Shown here: in pieces, positions 1 to 12,100 of the stretch
Position numbering within the stretch: position 1 is the first letter of the stretch
Layout of the letters: each line of letters starts with the position of its first letter
Assembly: GCA_963696805.1 (NCBI GenBank)
Contig: CAVOLF010000009.1
Location: 120-64,119, forward strand
Reading direction: 5' to 3'
Length of the DNA stretch: 64,000 bases
DNA from: an uncultured Rikenellaceae bacterium
GTDB lineage: Bacteria > Bacteroidota > Bacteroidia > Bacteroidales > VadinHA17
Program-made: the position numbers and the translations under genes
Notes under the pieces: generated by a model
What the model saw: only the letters and a program-made list of their open reading frames with translations
Told to the model about the DNA's origin: nothing
Database searches by the model: none

Positions 1-1637
1 GTTTTCAACGGGGAGATATTCAACTATATTGAGCTCAGGAATGAATTAAAGGCCCTTGGACACAGTTTTGTTTCGGACTCTGATACGGAAGTGCTCCTTG
101 CAGCCTATGTTCAGTGGGGAGAAGAGTCCCTTCACAGGCTCAACGGAATGTGGGCATTTGCAATATATGACAGGCATAGCGGAAGAGTTTTTGCGGCAAG
201 GGACAGGTACGGGATAAAGCCGTTTTACTATGCAACAGACGGCAATTGCCTGATGTTTGCCTCTGAGATACCTCCGCTGATTTCCGTTTTTCCAGGGGGA
301 ACCAGCCCGAATGACCAGGCCGTATACGATTTCCTGGTTTTCAATCGGACCGAACATACCGGGGAAACTTTCTTCAGGAATATAATGAAACTCAGGCACG
401 GACATCTTATGGAGATCACGCCGGGCGCATCATCCTGTGATTATTCGGTCTCCGTCCGCAGGTGGTATGATCTCAGACGGGAAGCAGCCCGGGCGGAGCC
501 CATTACGGATGCTGTAGAATTTGCCAGCCTGCTTTCTGCCTCCGTGGGCCTGCGGCTGCGCAGTGATGTGCCTGTGGGCGTATGCCTCAGCGGGGGACTG
601 GACTCATCGAGTATCGTGTCACTGGTGCTCGAGAGACACGGGATAAATCTGAGCACATTTTCAGCCGTTTACGCAAAAGGCCAGTATGGGGATGAGTCGG
701 AATTCATAAATGAATATTCCAGTAGTGTAAGCAAGATGTTTTTTACGACCCCTGATGCCCGTACACTTTCACTGGACCTGAAAAATTTTGTCAGGATGCA
801 TGCAGAGCCAGTCCCGGCCACAGGGGTTTATGCACAGTACAAGGTCATGGAACTGGCCAGGGGCAATGTGGTTGTTACTCTTGACGGACAGGGAGCAGAT
901 GAGATACTGGCCGGATATCATTACTTTTTCGGTTTTTTCTTCAAGGACCTTCTGCGAAGGCTGAAGCTCGGCAGGCTGTCGCGGGAGATATATTGTTATC
1001 TCAGGAATCACAAAAGTATATATGGTCTCCAAAGCCTGGCATATTTTCTCTTCCTGCCCGGGGCGCTGCGAAGAAGGGCCATGGTTAAGTCCAGAGGATA
1101 CCTTTCAGATGCTTTCATTCGTGACCACAGGAGTCGGAGATCGGTGGCGAGAAAACCTGTATGACCCGGACAGCATGCAGGATGCACTTTTCAGCCATTT
1201 TGAATATAAGCTCGAGCATCTCCTGAAATGGGAAGACAGGAATTCGATGTACTTTTCACTTGAAGCAAGGGTACCGTTCCTTGACCATAACCTGGTGGAG
1301 AGGTGCCTGGCGACGGACGGACTAGGAAGGATTAAAGACGGAATGACCAAGGCTATTCTCCGTGAAGGAATGAAGGGAATCGTCCCGGAAAAGATCAGGC
1401 TCCGGAAAGACAAACTTGGGTTCGGCACTTCCCGAGGACGAATGGTTACGCGAACCGTATTTCAGGGACCTTATGAAAGATATCCTTGGAAGAGATAGCC
1501 TTATCGGGGGTAAGTATGTGAACACAGAAAAAGCTGCAGCAATCTATGGCGACCATCTTCAAGGCAGGGTAAACAATTCAAAGGAGATATGGAAGATGAT
1601 CAACCTTGAATTGTGGATGAGGGAGTTCTTCGTCTGA
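1..1637 (+). CDS. asnB: Asparagine synthase (glutamine-hydrolysing) family amidotransferase, 5'-truncated by the window edge, two apparent frameshifts (~1150, ~1430)
   Basis: Frame 1 from base 1 reads VFNGEIFNYIELR...SDTEV; ORF 91..1164 has LNGMWAFA, RDRYGIKPFYY, LSGGLDSS, LDGQGADE; the continuation frames give DRNSMYFSLEARVPFLDH, K..LRE.M and W...NLELW. Confidence 0.88.
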
Positions 1638-1655
1638 TTTGTCTGTAGTGTAACT

Positions 1656-2665
1656 ATGTTAAGAAACTTCGACATACCTGAAGATAAATGGCAGGCTCTC
1701 CTAAGGGCAAGCATGCATTCAACCCCTTTCCAGACCCCGGAGTTTTTCAGGCTGATTGACAGTACTCCGGGATTGGAGGCTCATGCATGTGCCGTGGAAT
1801 CCGGAGGTATCCTGACAGCACTTGCGGTAACAGTTGAATTCGCGGGCCGGGGGCTGACCGGCTTCTTTTCCAGACGGGGCATTATTTTTGGTGGTCCCCT
1901 GGTGCTGCCGGGGAAGAGCGATGCCCTCGATTCCCTGCTGGGTATGGTTTCCAATGAACTGTCAGGGCGGACCATTTACCTCGAGACCCGCAACTACTCT
2001 GATTACGGGTTATTCAAAAACGTTTTCGGGAGGGACGAGGCTGGAGTTATGTCCCTTATCTTGATATACGGATACACACCGGTGACCGCGAGACAATGGG
2101 TTCGGCTATCAGCTCTTCACGTCGTCGGCAGGTCAGGAAGGCTGCCGGCAACGGGGCGGAGATAAGGGAGGCTGGCTCAATAACTGATGTCGAGGCATTT
2201 TATATAATCCTGAAAAATCATTACAGGAAAAAGGTCCGGAAGCCATTAATGCCCTGGGAGTTCTTCAGCGGTGCCTTTCACCAGAAATTCGGCAGGTTTT
2301 TGCTGGTCTGGTTTGACGGCAGGGTTATCGGTGGAATATACTGCCCGGTACTGGAGCGCAGGAGCATATTTGAGTTTTATATCTGCGGCCTCGACCGTGA
2401 GTACAGGGATCAGTATCCAAGCGTAATGGCAACGTGGGCCGCAATGGACTATGCCAGCAGTAACGGCATTCCATGTTTTGACCTGATGGGTGCAGGAGTG
2501 TCAGGCAAGGATTACGGTGTCAGGGAGTTTAAGGCCAGGTTCGGGGGGCGCCAGGAGGAGTATGGCAGGTTCCTTAAAATAAATAATAGATTTCTCTACA
2601 TGGCAGGTAAGGCCGGGATAAAAGTAATGAGTAAACTCTATGTCAATGAGAATTCTGGTCATTGA
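1656..2665 (+). CDS. FemAB-like / GNAT-family acyltransferase, frameshifted near 2030-2100
   Basis: ORFs 1656..2165 (TPFQTPEF, GGPL) and 2096..2665 (FDLMGAG..YGVREFKARFGG) join into one FemAB-type fold typical of polysaccharide loci. Confidence 0.7.
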
Positions 2666-3742
2666 TATAGGGCATCCCGCGCATGTTCACCTTTTTCGCA
2701 ACCTGGCGCTGGAGCTGATGAGGGAGGGTTCTGAAGTCCTCTTTACCTGCCGTGAAAAGGAGTTCGAGACTGACCTTCTGAAGCACTATGGCTTGCCTTA
2801 CAGGTCGCTGGGAATGAAATATTCCGGCACGGCAGGAAAGATCTTCGGGATTGCCAGGTTCGGAATCAAAGAGTATCTGCAAGGGATTCGGTTCAAACCG
2901 GATCTGCTGTTGAGTCACGGATCCTATATCGCAGCTCATGCCGCTGCCCTGCTGGGCAGGCCTCACATTGCACTCGAAGACACCTTCAATTTCGAACAAA
3001 TATGGCTCTATAAGCCCTTTACCAGGGTTATCATAACGGGCGACTTTAGCCATCCGCTAGATCACCCAAGGTAATAAAATACTCCGGTTGCCACGAGCTT
3101 GCTTATCTGCATCCCTGCAGGTTTATTCCGGATGAGTCTGTTCTTGGTGAACTGGGAGTCGGCAGGGATGAGAAGTATGTTATAATGCGGTTTGTCTCAT
3201 GGAAGGCAAGCCATGATCTTGGACACAGGGGGATCAGCTTTCAGAACAAGATAGCTGCAGTGAAGCGTTTCTCGGAGCTCGCTAAAGTATTTATATCCTC
3301 GGAGGGAGATCTTCCTCCCGAACTTGATAGGTTCAGGATCAAAACAGCCCCTTACAGGATACATGATGTACTCGCCTTTGCCGCTTTGCTGTGGACTGAC
3401 AGCTTTACAATGCCTTCCGAATGTTCTGTCCTGGGGACCCCATCATTGGTCATACACAACTCCCGGAGCTTTCCCCTCGAGGAACAGCGCGATAAGTTCG
3501 GGCTGTGCTTCACATTCTCAGAATTGGACGAAGACCAGGTGAGGGCAATTGAAAAGGGAGAGTCACTGCTGAAAACTGAAGGGCTGAAGGCAGAGTGGAT
3601 TACCCGGAGGAACAGGATGATAGCCGAAAAGATAGATCTGACAGCATTCCTCCTTTGGTTTGTAAAGAACTGGCCGGAAAGCCTCACAATCGTGAAAAAA
3701 AATCCTGACTACCAGAAGCTGTTTATCAAGGGGCGTCATTGA
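2646..3742 (+). CDS. DUF354-like GT-B fold protein of polysaccharide loci, frameshifted near 3065
   Basis: N-terminal IDIGHPAHVHLF motif; bridging frame reads Y.GCHELAYLHP..F.PD; C-terminal MRFVSWKASHD and MPSECSVLGTP. Confidence 0.72.
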
Positions 3743-3746
3743 AACC

Positions 3747-3771
3747 GAAACAAATACCGGTGTTGTTCGTT
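3747..3771 (+). promoter_or_regulatory. Possible ECF-sigma promoter for the T9SS cargo gene
   Basis: GAAAC-N16-CGTT ending 18 bp before the ATG at 3790; motif match only. Confidence 0.25.
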
Positions 3772-3789
3772 TTAAGAGAAGAAAAGTAA

Positions 3790-5016
3790 ATGGATAATAA
3801 TATGTTCAAGACAATACTAAGGGCCAGTCTGATATTACTGATGCTCCTCCCCGGAATAGCCCTCTCAGCTCAACCGGGAAGGGACCATATGCTGGTTGCA
3901 GAACCGGTTCTCCGTACAGAGATGGTTTACGAATATTCATGGGATGCTCCTGGTGAAGCATGGGTTCTGAAGAACACGGTAAAATACGATTACACTTATG
4001 GGAACGGAGAGACACAGATAATAACCACTTCTGATTACCTCACAGGGGTTCCATCAAACAGAGTTATTTACCTGTATACTGCCAGCAAGGTGTTAAAGGA
4101 AGCCCTCTACCAGGACTATTTTGATGGCAGTTGGGCTGATAACAGGAGGGATACCTGGATACAAAACAGGGATGGCTTTAATATTGAAACGGTCATCCAG
4201 TATTTTCTTAGCGGGGTCTGGAAAAATATCAGCAGGTATACGGACTACCAGTATGAAGGTGGCCGTTTAAAGCAGTATACCTTTCAGTCGTGGAGCGGGA
4301 CGGAGTGGGTAGACTCTTTCTATGATTCGTGGCATTACGATGAGAACGGACAGCTTGTCCTCAGAACCCAGATTCGATTGAATGACACACCGGTGAACAA
4401 ATTTGTTTACGAAATCGGGGAGCATAATTTGCGCGAACGCATGACCATCTTCAGCTGGTCAAGCAATGAATGGGCAGGGTTTACGAGACGTAACTATGAA
4501 TACAACCGGTGCGGTAAAACCTCCGCTGTAGACTACCAGGATTTCAGGAATGGGGAATGGGTTAACACAATGAGACATGAGTACGTATATGGAATGCATC
4601 CTCTTGAATATGCCCGCCGGCAAAAGGTTCCGGTATGTCACAGAGGACATACCATTTATGTGCCTGTGGTTGCTGTTGACGCTCACCTTGCTCACGGAGA
4701 CTGTCTGGGCAAGTGCCTGGTTGAGGAGAGGGGACCATTCGCAGAATCCGCTTCCGGCCAGGTAAACAGAGTGACGCATCCTTTCACCGCCTTTCCCATT
4801 CCTGCTCTTGAAAGCATAACCGTCAGGATGAATCCGGACTCACAACAGATTTTCGAAAGGATAGAACTCACGGATTTTAACGGTAATGTCGTTCGGACAA
4901 TCAGGGTGAGTGATGAATATGAGATAGTGATCCAAAGGGGGAATCTCTTGCCGGGATTTTATAACATCCGGTTGCATGGACAAGAGAGTTTCAGCCAGGT
5001 TATAGTATTCAAATAG
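3790..5016 (+). CDS. Secreted protein with W/Y-rich beta repeats and a type A T9SS C-terminal sorting domain
   Basis: Signal peptide ending ALSA-Q; repeated 'W...W.N..R..Y.Y' units; C-terminus FP.PA...I.LTDFNGNVV...LLPGFYNIRL...VIVFK. Confidence 0.75.
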   Translation: MDNNMFKTILRASLILLMLLPGIALSAQPGRDHMLVAEPVLRTEMVYEYSWDAPGEAWVLKNTVKYDYTYGNGETQIITTSDYLTGVPSNRVIYLYTASKVLKEALYQDYFDGSWADNRRDTWIQNRDGFNIETVIQYFLSGVWKNISRYTDYQYEGGRLKQYTFQSWSGTEWVDSFYDSWHYDENGQLVLRTQIRLNDTPVNKFVYEIGEHNLRERMTIFSWSSNEWAGFTRRNYEYNRCGKTSAVDYQDFRNGEWVNTMRHEYVYGMHPLEYARRQKVPVCHRGHTIYVPVVAVDAHLAHGDCLGKCLVEERGPFAESASGQVNRVTHPFTAFPIPALESITVRMNPDSQQIFERIELTDFNGNVVRTIRVSDEYEIVIQRGNLLPGFYNIRLHGQESFSQVIVFK

Positions 5017-5050
5017 AAGTCTGTATCCAAGGTATAGGTACCTGCCCTTC

Positions 5051-5878
5051 TTAGGACCTTATAGCCCTGATGATTATACTTTTAACGGCGTTCTTGCCAT
5101 TTTGAAGGACCAGTTCAGTGATCCATGGCATCAACCTGCTGTTCCATCGCTGGGGATGGATGGTTATCATCATCACGGAAGGCATCAGGTTGTTTTTAAG
5201 GGCAGTAATTATATCGAAGGTGCTATGCATGGATTTTTCAACTGCCTTAAAGTAACATTTATCCTGCGGTACCTTTTCGCGGCCGGACAACATCAGCCCC
5301 GGCTTCACCTTATCCCTCAGGCTAAACCTGTCTCCGTCCCACCTCCTCCCGGTATCAGTCAAATAATGAACCTCTGCGAAGTTGATGTCAAGGTAAGGTT
5401 CTCCCATGATGCCGAAATTCCTGTAATCATATTTTTCCCATAGCTTCCTGTTGTCATATTTTGACAGCGGGCTGCCATGCATGCATATCGTTTCAATGGG
5501 AGCGAGCCGGCGGAGCTTTGCGAGGTTTTGTTCAAACAGGCATGATTGCCTTCTCATAGTCTCCGCGTGCTGAAGCGAGCTCTTCATAATGATAGCCGAT
5601 TTCATGGCCCAGTCTGTGAATTTCCCGGATAACGGCCTCATCATAGCTCTTTGGTTAATACGGAAGTAATATGTTCCGCTTAATCCCAATTTGTTCTCCA
5701 GCCGGGCACATTTCAGGGAATTCATCGGCCTGGCATCAACATCATGCCTCAGGATCACACATTGAAGTGCCAGCGGGATTCTGGATAAAACCGGCCACGG
5801 TGTTTAGTCGTGTAACCATCTGATTTAACCGAAGGACGATAATAATTGATGCAGAGTATCGGTGGTGAAGTCGCGCAT
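5051..5878 (-). CDS. Polysaccharide-deacetylase-like hypothetical protein, frameshifted
   Basis: Start MRDFT at 5878; ILRHDVD, GTYYFR, ICMHGSP, YLTDTGRRW and HPQRW motifs; TATATTTG -7 box at 5897-5904 on the minus strand. Confidence 0.6.
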
Positions 5879-6133
5879 GACCATTTGTCACTGCCTCAAA
5901 TATAAAAATTTACCGATGTTAACGGGTGACATGTCGCCTGTAAAACAGGGCTCAGAAGAAGAAAATTGCCATTATTAAATGTGAAAATGTACCCAAATAC
6001 TAAATAAATCGTTAAACAATTAGTTTATGTATATAGCTAGTTCGATGCTGTGCAACCATATGACCGACCTTGTAGTCATAGGTATCAGACTTACACGGCA
6101 ATTATTTTTTGGACGTATATAACAGAACCTGAT

Positions 6134-9100
6134 ATGAAGAGCTCCACCGATTTGAAAATTCGTAGCAGGCAGGGTGCGGATTTGCCTTAAAGCACTGGTG
6201 ATCTCGGTAATTTTTATGTTTATTGCCGGTCACTGTCGCTGAACTCGCAGCCGGTATGGGTGCCGCACAACCCCATCAATTGGAGCTCCGGGACCGATGT
6301 CAATTCCCATCAACTATGGGATTGACAGGGCGGGTACTGTTTATATAATTGTTCTGAATTACAATAATCCCAGCCTGCAGACTCCAGGAACCATAAGAAG
6401 CCAGGCAATCAATCCAACTGCTCCTGGTATTGTATTCAACGCAGTAATTCCGATTGCAGGGGCTGATATCAATGCCATTCTTCAGGTTATTGCAGGTTCA
6501 CTGGCTCCGAGTACTTACCATACTATTTATCTTGTGGCGGCCGATGCTGCCAATGTTCTGATGGCTACTTCCGTCAGGCTGAATGCAACGACCCTGCCCT
6601 GTCCGAAGATTCAGCTCTTCAACTTCTTCGGGAACCTGGGTGAGTGCGTTAACCTGGGTGCGCAGGGGATGTTCCAGGTGGCCCCTCTCGGAGTGCTGCC
6701 CACAGGGATACTGGCGGGCAGTACCTGGACCGTTGACTGGGGTGACGGGTCGCCCATATGGACATACACTTCCACCGCAAATGATGACCTGCCCCCGGTA
6801 CAGCTGCATAGCTTCGCGACTACGATCAACTGTGCGTATGTAGGCACATGGACGGTAAAGAACCCCTGCAACGAGTTTTACGCCGCCCAGGGTGTTTTCG
6901 TGATTCACGGCCGCGACATACCTCTTGACGGTGACGGTCTGCTGCAGATGCAGGAGACAACCACCGGGGATGTAGATATAGTCTATGTGTGCGAAGGCAG
7001 CGAACACAATATTGTGCTCAGGGATATAAGCATCTGGAACTGCCAGAACCCGATTGTTCCGCCGCCGCTCAACCCCAACGACTACGACAATGAGTCGCCC
7101 AGAACAATTCAATTTGTTTACGGCGAGACTCCTGCCGGTGCGGTCATGAATACGATCACCGGAAACGTGCTGGTTGGCGGTTCCAACATTGCCAACGGCG
7201 CCAACGGTTACGTCGGGCCTGTTCAGGGTCCTCTCTCTCCGCCCAACCCCAACACACTCACTGATGTCATCACCATACCCGCCACATGCCAGGCAGGTGA
7301 GCGTTTTTATGTCTATCTGAAGGACTGGAACAAGTGCAATCCTTACCTTGACGAAAACCTTGACTATGTCTTTGAGGACTTTATAATTGAAGTTATTGAT
7401 GCGCCGCCGGCTCCGGCGGTGGTGACACCGCAGGTATACTGCTTCGGCGGCGTGGCACCCACCCTCACCGCAACCATCAGTCTTGCGGGCAATACCCTTA
7501 ACTGGTATGATGATGCGGCACTGACCACCCTTCTCTTTACCGGCAACCCGTTCACCCACGGGATTACCGCCTCGGGTACCTACGACTTCTATGTCACTGA
7601 GACCAGCGGTGTCAACGGCTGCGAGGGGCCTCCTTCGCTCATTGACCTCATCATAAGGGAAGAGCTTTCCATGCCCGGCGTCATCACCGGTCCGGCCGAG
7701 GTGTGCCTGAACGCCACCGGACAGGTCTTTTCCGTTGCAGCAAATCCGCCTACCATGCCTATCGGCGGAACGACGGAATATATCTGGACTGTCCCTGCCG
7801 GGTGGAATATTACATCAGGGCAGGGGACAAGGCAGATCACCGCTGACATCGGGGGAACTGCCGGAACACGAACTGTCAGCGTAATTAACCGGTACACCAC
7901 CGATCCGAGGTGTCCTTCTCCTTCAAGGACATTTGACGTTACGGTCAGTCCGCTTTCAGTAGGGGGTACGGTTTCCGGAACCACACCGATATGTATCGGT
8001 TCAAGCACCACACTTACCCTTGCAGGACGTACCGGGTCAGTGGTACGATGGGAGCGAAGGCTGCTTCCCGCTGCCGTCTGGACCAACGTTGCCAACACAA
8101 CTGCAACTTATACCTATACACCCGGTTCTGTCGGAACATGGGAATTCAGAGCCCTTGTCCAGAGCGGATCATGCAGCCAGGTGTACTCCTCGGTATTCCA
8201 GGTAGTGGTTGATCCGACCTCAGTGGGCGGAACAACAGCCGGAGGAAACAGCCCGATTTGCATCAACACCCCGACGGGTAACATCACCCTTTCAGGCCAT
8301 ACGGGCAACGTGGTCAGGTGGCAATGGAGACGCAACGGTGGTAGCTGGAACAATATTGCAAATACGACCACCACTCTTAACTATACCCCGACCAATTCCG
8401 GGACCTACGATTTCAGGGCTGAGATAAAGAGCGGTTCCTGTCCGTCAGTTTACTCCACCCTGACAACTATTATCGTCAATCCCGCTTCAGTAGGCGGATC
8501 CGTTACCGGAGGCAACACACCGATCTGTTTCGGCTCAGCGACCGGGACAATGACTCTCGGCAGTTACACCGGCACCATTGTAAGATGGCAGAAGACGCCT
8601 TGATGCAGGAGCATGGGTTGATATTGCCAATACCAATGCCACTTATTCGGAGACACCGCCAGTCGCCGGCACGTGGCAATACCGTGCGGAGGTGCAGAGC
8701 GGGGCCTGCCCGCTCGGTTTACTCGGCGGCGCAGTCGATCGTCGTTGTACCGCCCTCCGTCGGGGGAACCATCAATGGCGGAACGACTCCGCTATGCCCG
8801 GGGGTGACCACGGGTGTGATGACGCTTTCCGGACATACCGGGTCGATTGTCAGATGGGAGAAGCGTGTCGACGGCGGATCATGGTCAAACATAGCCAATA
8901 CCAATGCAACATATTCGGAGATACCTTCATCATCAGGCACATGGGATTACCGGGCCTATGTACAGAACTCCCCGTGTTCAGGTGTATATTCATCAACAAG
9001 GACGATAGTTGTCAGGCCTCAGTACACTGCACAGCTTCATGACGATATAAGCATCTGCAATAATGCGGCAGCCAACTTTAACATAGTACTTTCAGCGGGT

Positions 9101-12100
9101 GCTTCGCCATATACCATTAATTATACTCGCAACGGCAATCCGCAGCCTCAGCTAAACAACTATGTCAGCGGCACCAATGTCTCAACCGGTATCCTTACCA
9201 CCGGCACCTATGTCTATACACTGACATCGGTGGTTGACGCCAACGGCTGTAATGCACAGTCGCTGGGCAGCTCCATCACCGTGACTGTCGGGGCGGCCCT
9301 TACCGGTGCTACCATCTCCGGCAGCGGCAACGACTGTGACGGGGCTTCCAGCTGGTTCGACCTCAACGTTACCGGTGGCGCACCGCCATATGTGGTTACC
9401 TATACCTTTGACGGCGGAGCCAATACCGTCGTCGCTGGCTATGTCAATGGCACCCACATCAACCTGGGCAGTCCGGCAGTAGCCAACCACACGGTACATA
9501 TAGTATCGATACGCGATGCGTGTCTTGATCTTGTTCCTGCGCTTCCTGCTGATTACACATTCAGTATCAATGCGGTACCCAACGCGGGTGCAACGGTTAA
9601 CAACACCCCGACACTCTGCAGCGGCGGAACTACTGATATCGTTCTCCAGTCGACTGTTCCTTCAACGGACTTCACCTGGACCGTCTCAAATGCGCCTGCA
9701 GTCACATGGACCAATGCCCCGGCAGGAGGCACCATTGTCAACGGGAATAATATCTCCATTGCACAGGTCCTGACACATACCGCAACTTTCCCGACTACGG
9801 TAACCTATACTATCACTCCAAGGGGACCGTTGCCAACATCATGTCCCGGGTCCGCAGATAACCCGGACCGTTATTGTTAACCCCAGGGGTCAGGTCAATG
9901 ATCCGGCCGATCAGGTCACTCTGTGCCGGTGCTGCCACAGCGGCAGTTAACTTCGCAACAAACAGGACCGGAGGCACCACCACCTATTCATGGACCAACA
10001 ACAACACCAGTATCGGGCTGGCTGCCAGCGGCAGCGGGAACATTCCTTCGTTCACTGCCCTGAACGCAGGCGGCTCGCCTGTTACGGCAACTATCACCGT
10101 CACACCTTCTTTGAGGGATGTGCCGGCACGCCCCAGACCTTCACCATCACCGTCAATCCAGCCGGCCAGGTCAATGACCCTGCCGACCAGGTCCGGTGTA
10201 ACGGAGCAGCCACTGCAGCCGTCAATTTCAGTACCACCAGGAGCGGCGGCACCACCACCTATGCATGGTCGAACAGCAACACCACAATCGGTCTCGGCGC
10301 CAACGGAACCGGTAACATACCGTCCTTTACCGCCACCAACAGCGGGACTTCCGCCGGTGACGGCCACTATCACCGTCACCCGCCTTCGATTGGAGAGGCT
10401 GTGCCGGCACACCCGAGACCTTCACCATTACGGTCAATCCTTCCGGACAGGTCAATGACCCTGCCGATCAGGTGAGGTGCAATGGTGCTGCCACGGCAGC
10501 TGTCTAACTTTGCCACCAACCGGAGCGGTGGCACCACCATCTATTCATGGACCAACAACAATACGAGCATAGGGCTGGCGCCAGCGGCAGCGGCAATATG
10601 CGTCGTTTACCGCCACCAATACGGCACTGCCCCCGTAACTGCCACTGTCACGGTCACCCCGACCTTCAGCAACGGAGGGCTTGTGCGGGAACGCCTCAGA
10701 CATTCACTATCACGGTCAATCCGTCAGGTCAGGTCAATGACCCGGCCGACCAGGTGAGGTGCAACGGGGCTGCCACTGCGGCAGTCAATTTTACCACCAA
10801 CCGGAGCGGCGGCACTACAACCTATTCCTGGAGCAACAACAATACTTCGCATAGGTCTGATCGCCAGTGGCAGCGGAACATTGCCGTCGTTTACGGCCAC
10901 TAACGCACGGCACATCGCCTGTGACGGCAACGTTACGGTCACCACCTTCGTTCGGAGGTGAGACTTGTGCCGGCACGCCACAGACCTTTACGATAACGGT
11001 TAACCCGAGCGGCCAGGTCAATGACCCGGCCGACCAGGTCAGGTGCAATGGCGCTGCCACGGCAGCCGTGAACTTTACCACCAACCGCAGCGGCGGCACT
11101 ACCACCTATGCATGGAGCAACAACAATACTTCGATAGGTCTTAGCGCCAGCGGCACGGGTAACATAGCCGTCGTTTACCGCCACCAACGGCCGGCAACGC
11201 CTGTCACCGCTACTGTCACGGTCACCCCGACCTTCAGTTGGAGGGAGCTGTGTCGGGGCACGCCACAGACCTTTACGATAACAGTCAATCCGACACCAGC
11301 ACTGAGCAGCACCCTCACTCCTGCGGCTCTCTGCAGCAACACGGCATTTACATACACGCCGACATCACTCACCGCAGGGACCACGTTCAGCTGGACGAGG
11401 CTTGCCGTTGCAGGTATCACTCCCGCCGGGCCTGCTCTTCAGGCATTGATGGCGTAAGTGAGACCCTCAGGAACTTCACCTCTGCAACTATCCCGGTTAC
11501 CTATGAATATACTCTGACAGCCAACGGCTGCAGCAACGTGCAGAATGTTGTCGTCAACATCAAGCCTGAGCCGGTGATCTCCGATCAGTCGACTGGTGTT
11601 TGTTCCGGTGAGACACTCCTTTATCGTATCCTGCTTGACAATTTTGTCAATCCCGGCGATAATGTAACCTTCACCTGGCCTGCTCCGGTGCTTTCCGGTG
11701 GACTTACAGGGCGGAACCGCCAGAAGTCGGTACCTTCGTCAGCTGACATGACCGATATATTTGTCAATACCTCCGGGCTGGCTGAGACGGCAACCTACAC
11801 CGTCACGCCGGTTTACAACGGATGTGTTGGTGAGCCAAGGGATATCGTCGTCACCGTAGGCTCACAGCCTGTCCTTGGGCAGACCTTGACATGTTTGCTG
11901 CAGCGCTGTTCCGACAGGGCTCGTTCTTGCGGTGGATGCCACCTCATCGCCTGCCGCCACTTATGACATAGCTCTCGATAACCGTTCAGGCAGGGCTTGT
12001 TGCTGCCGCAGGCAACGCTGTTGCCGCCAACGGTATAGCAGATCCCAATTACCTGGCGAATGACAGGTTCACCAATGAGACAGGTGTTAACAGGACAGTC

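Noticed and set aside
1-1637. AsnB homologue as the lasso cyclase for the 23.1-kb peptide
   Set aside because: It keeps canonical glutaminase-domain motifs, sits in a polysaccharide operon over 21 kb away, and the peptide core lacks Asp/Glu at position 7-9.
6498-7559. Long antisense ORFs (also 14578..15345, 30119..30922, 38385..39560, 58127..58957)
   Set aside because: Shadow frames of well-supported genes in GC-rich sequence, with no recognisable motifs.
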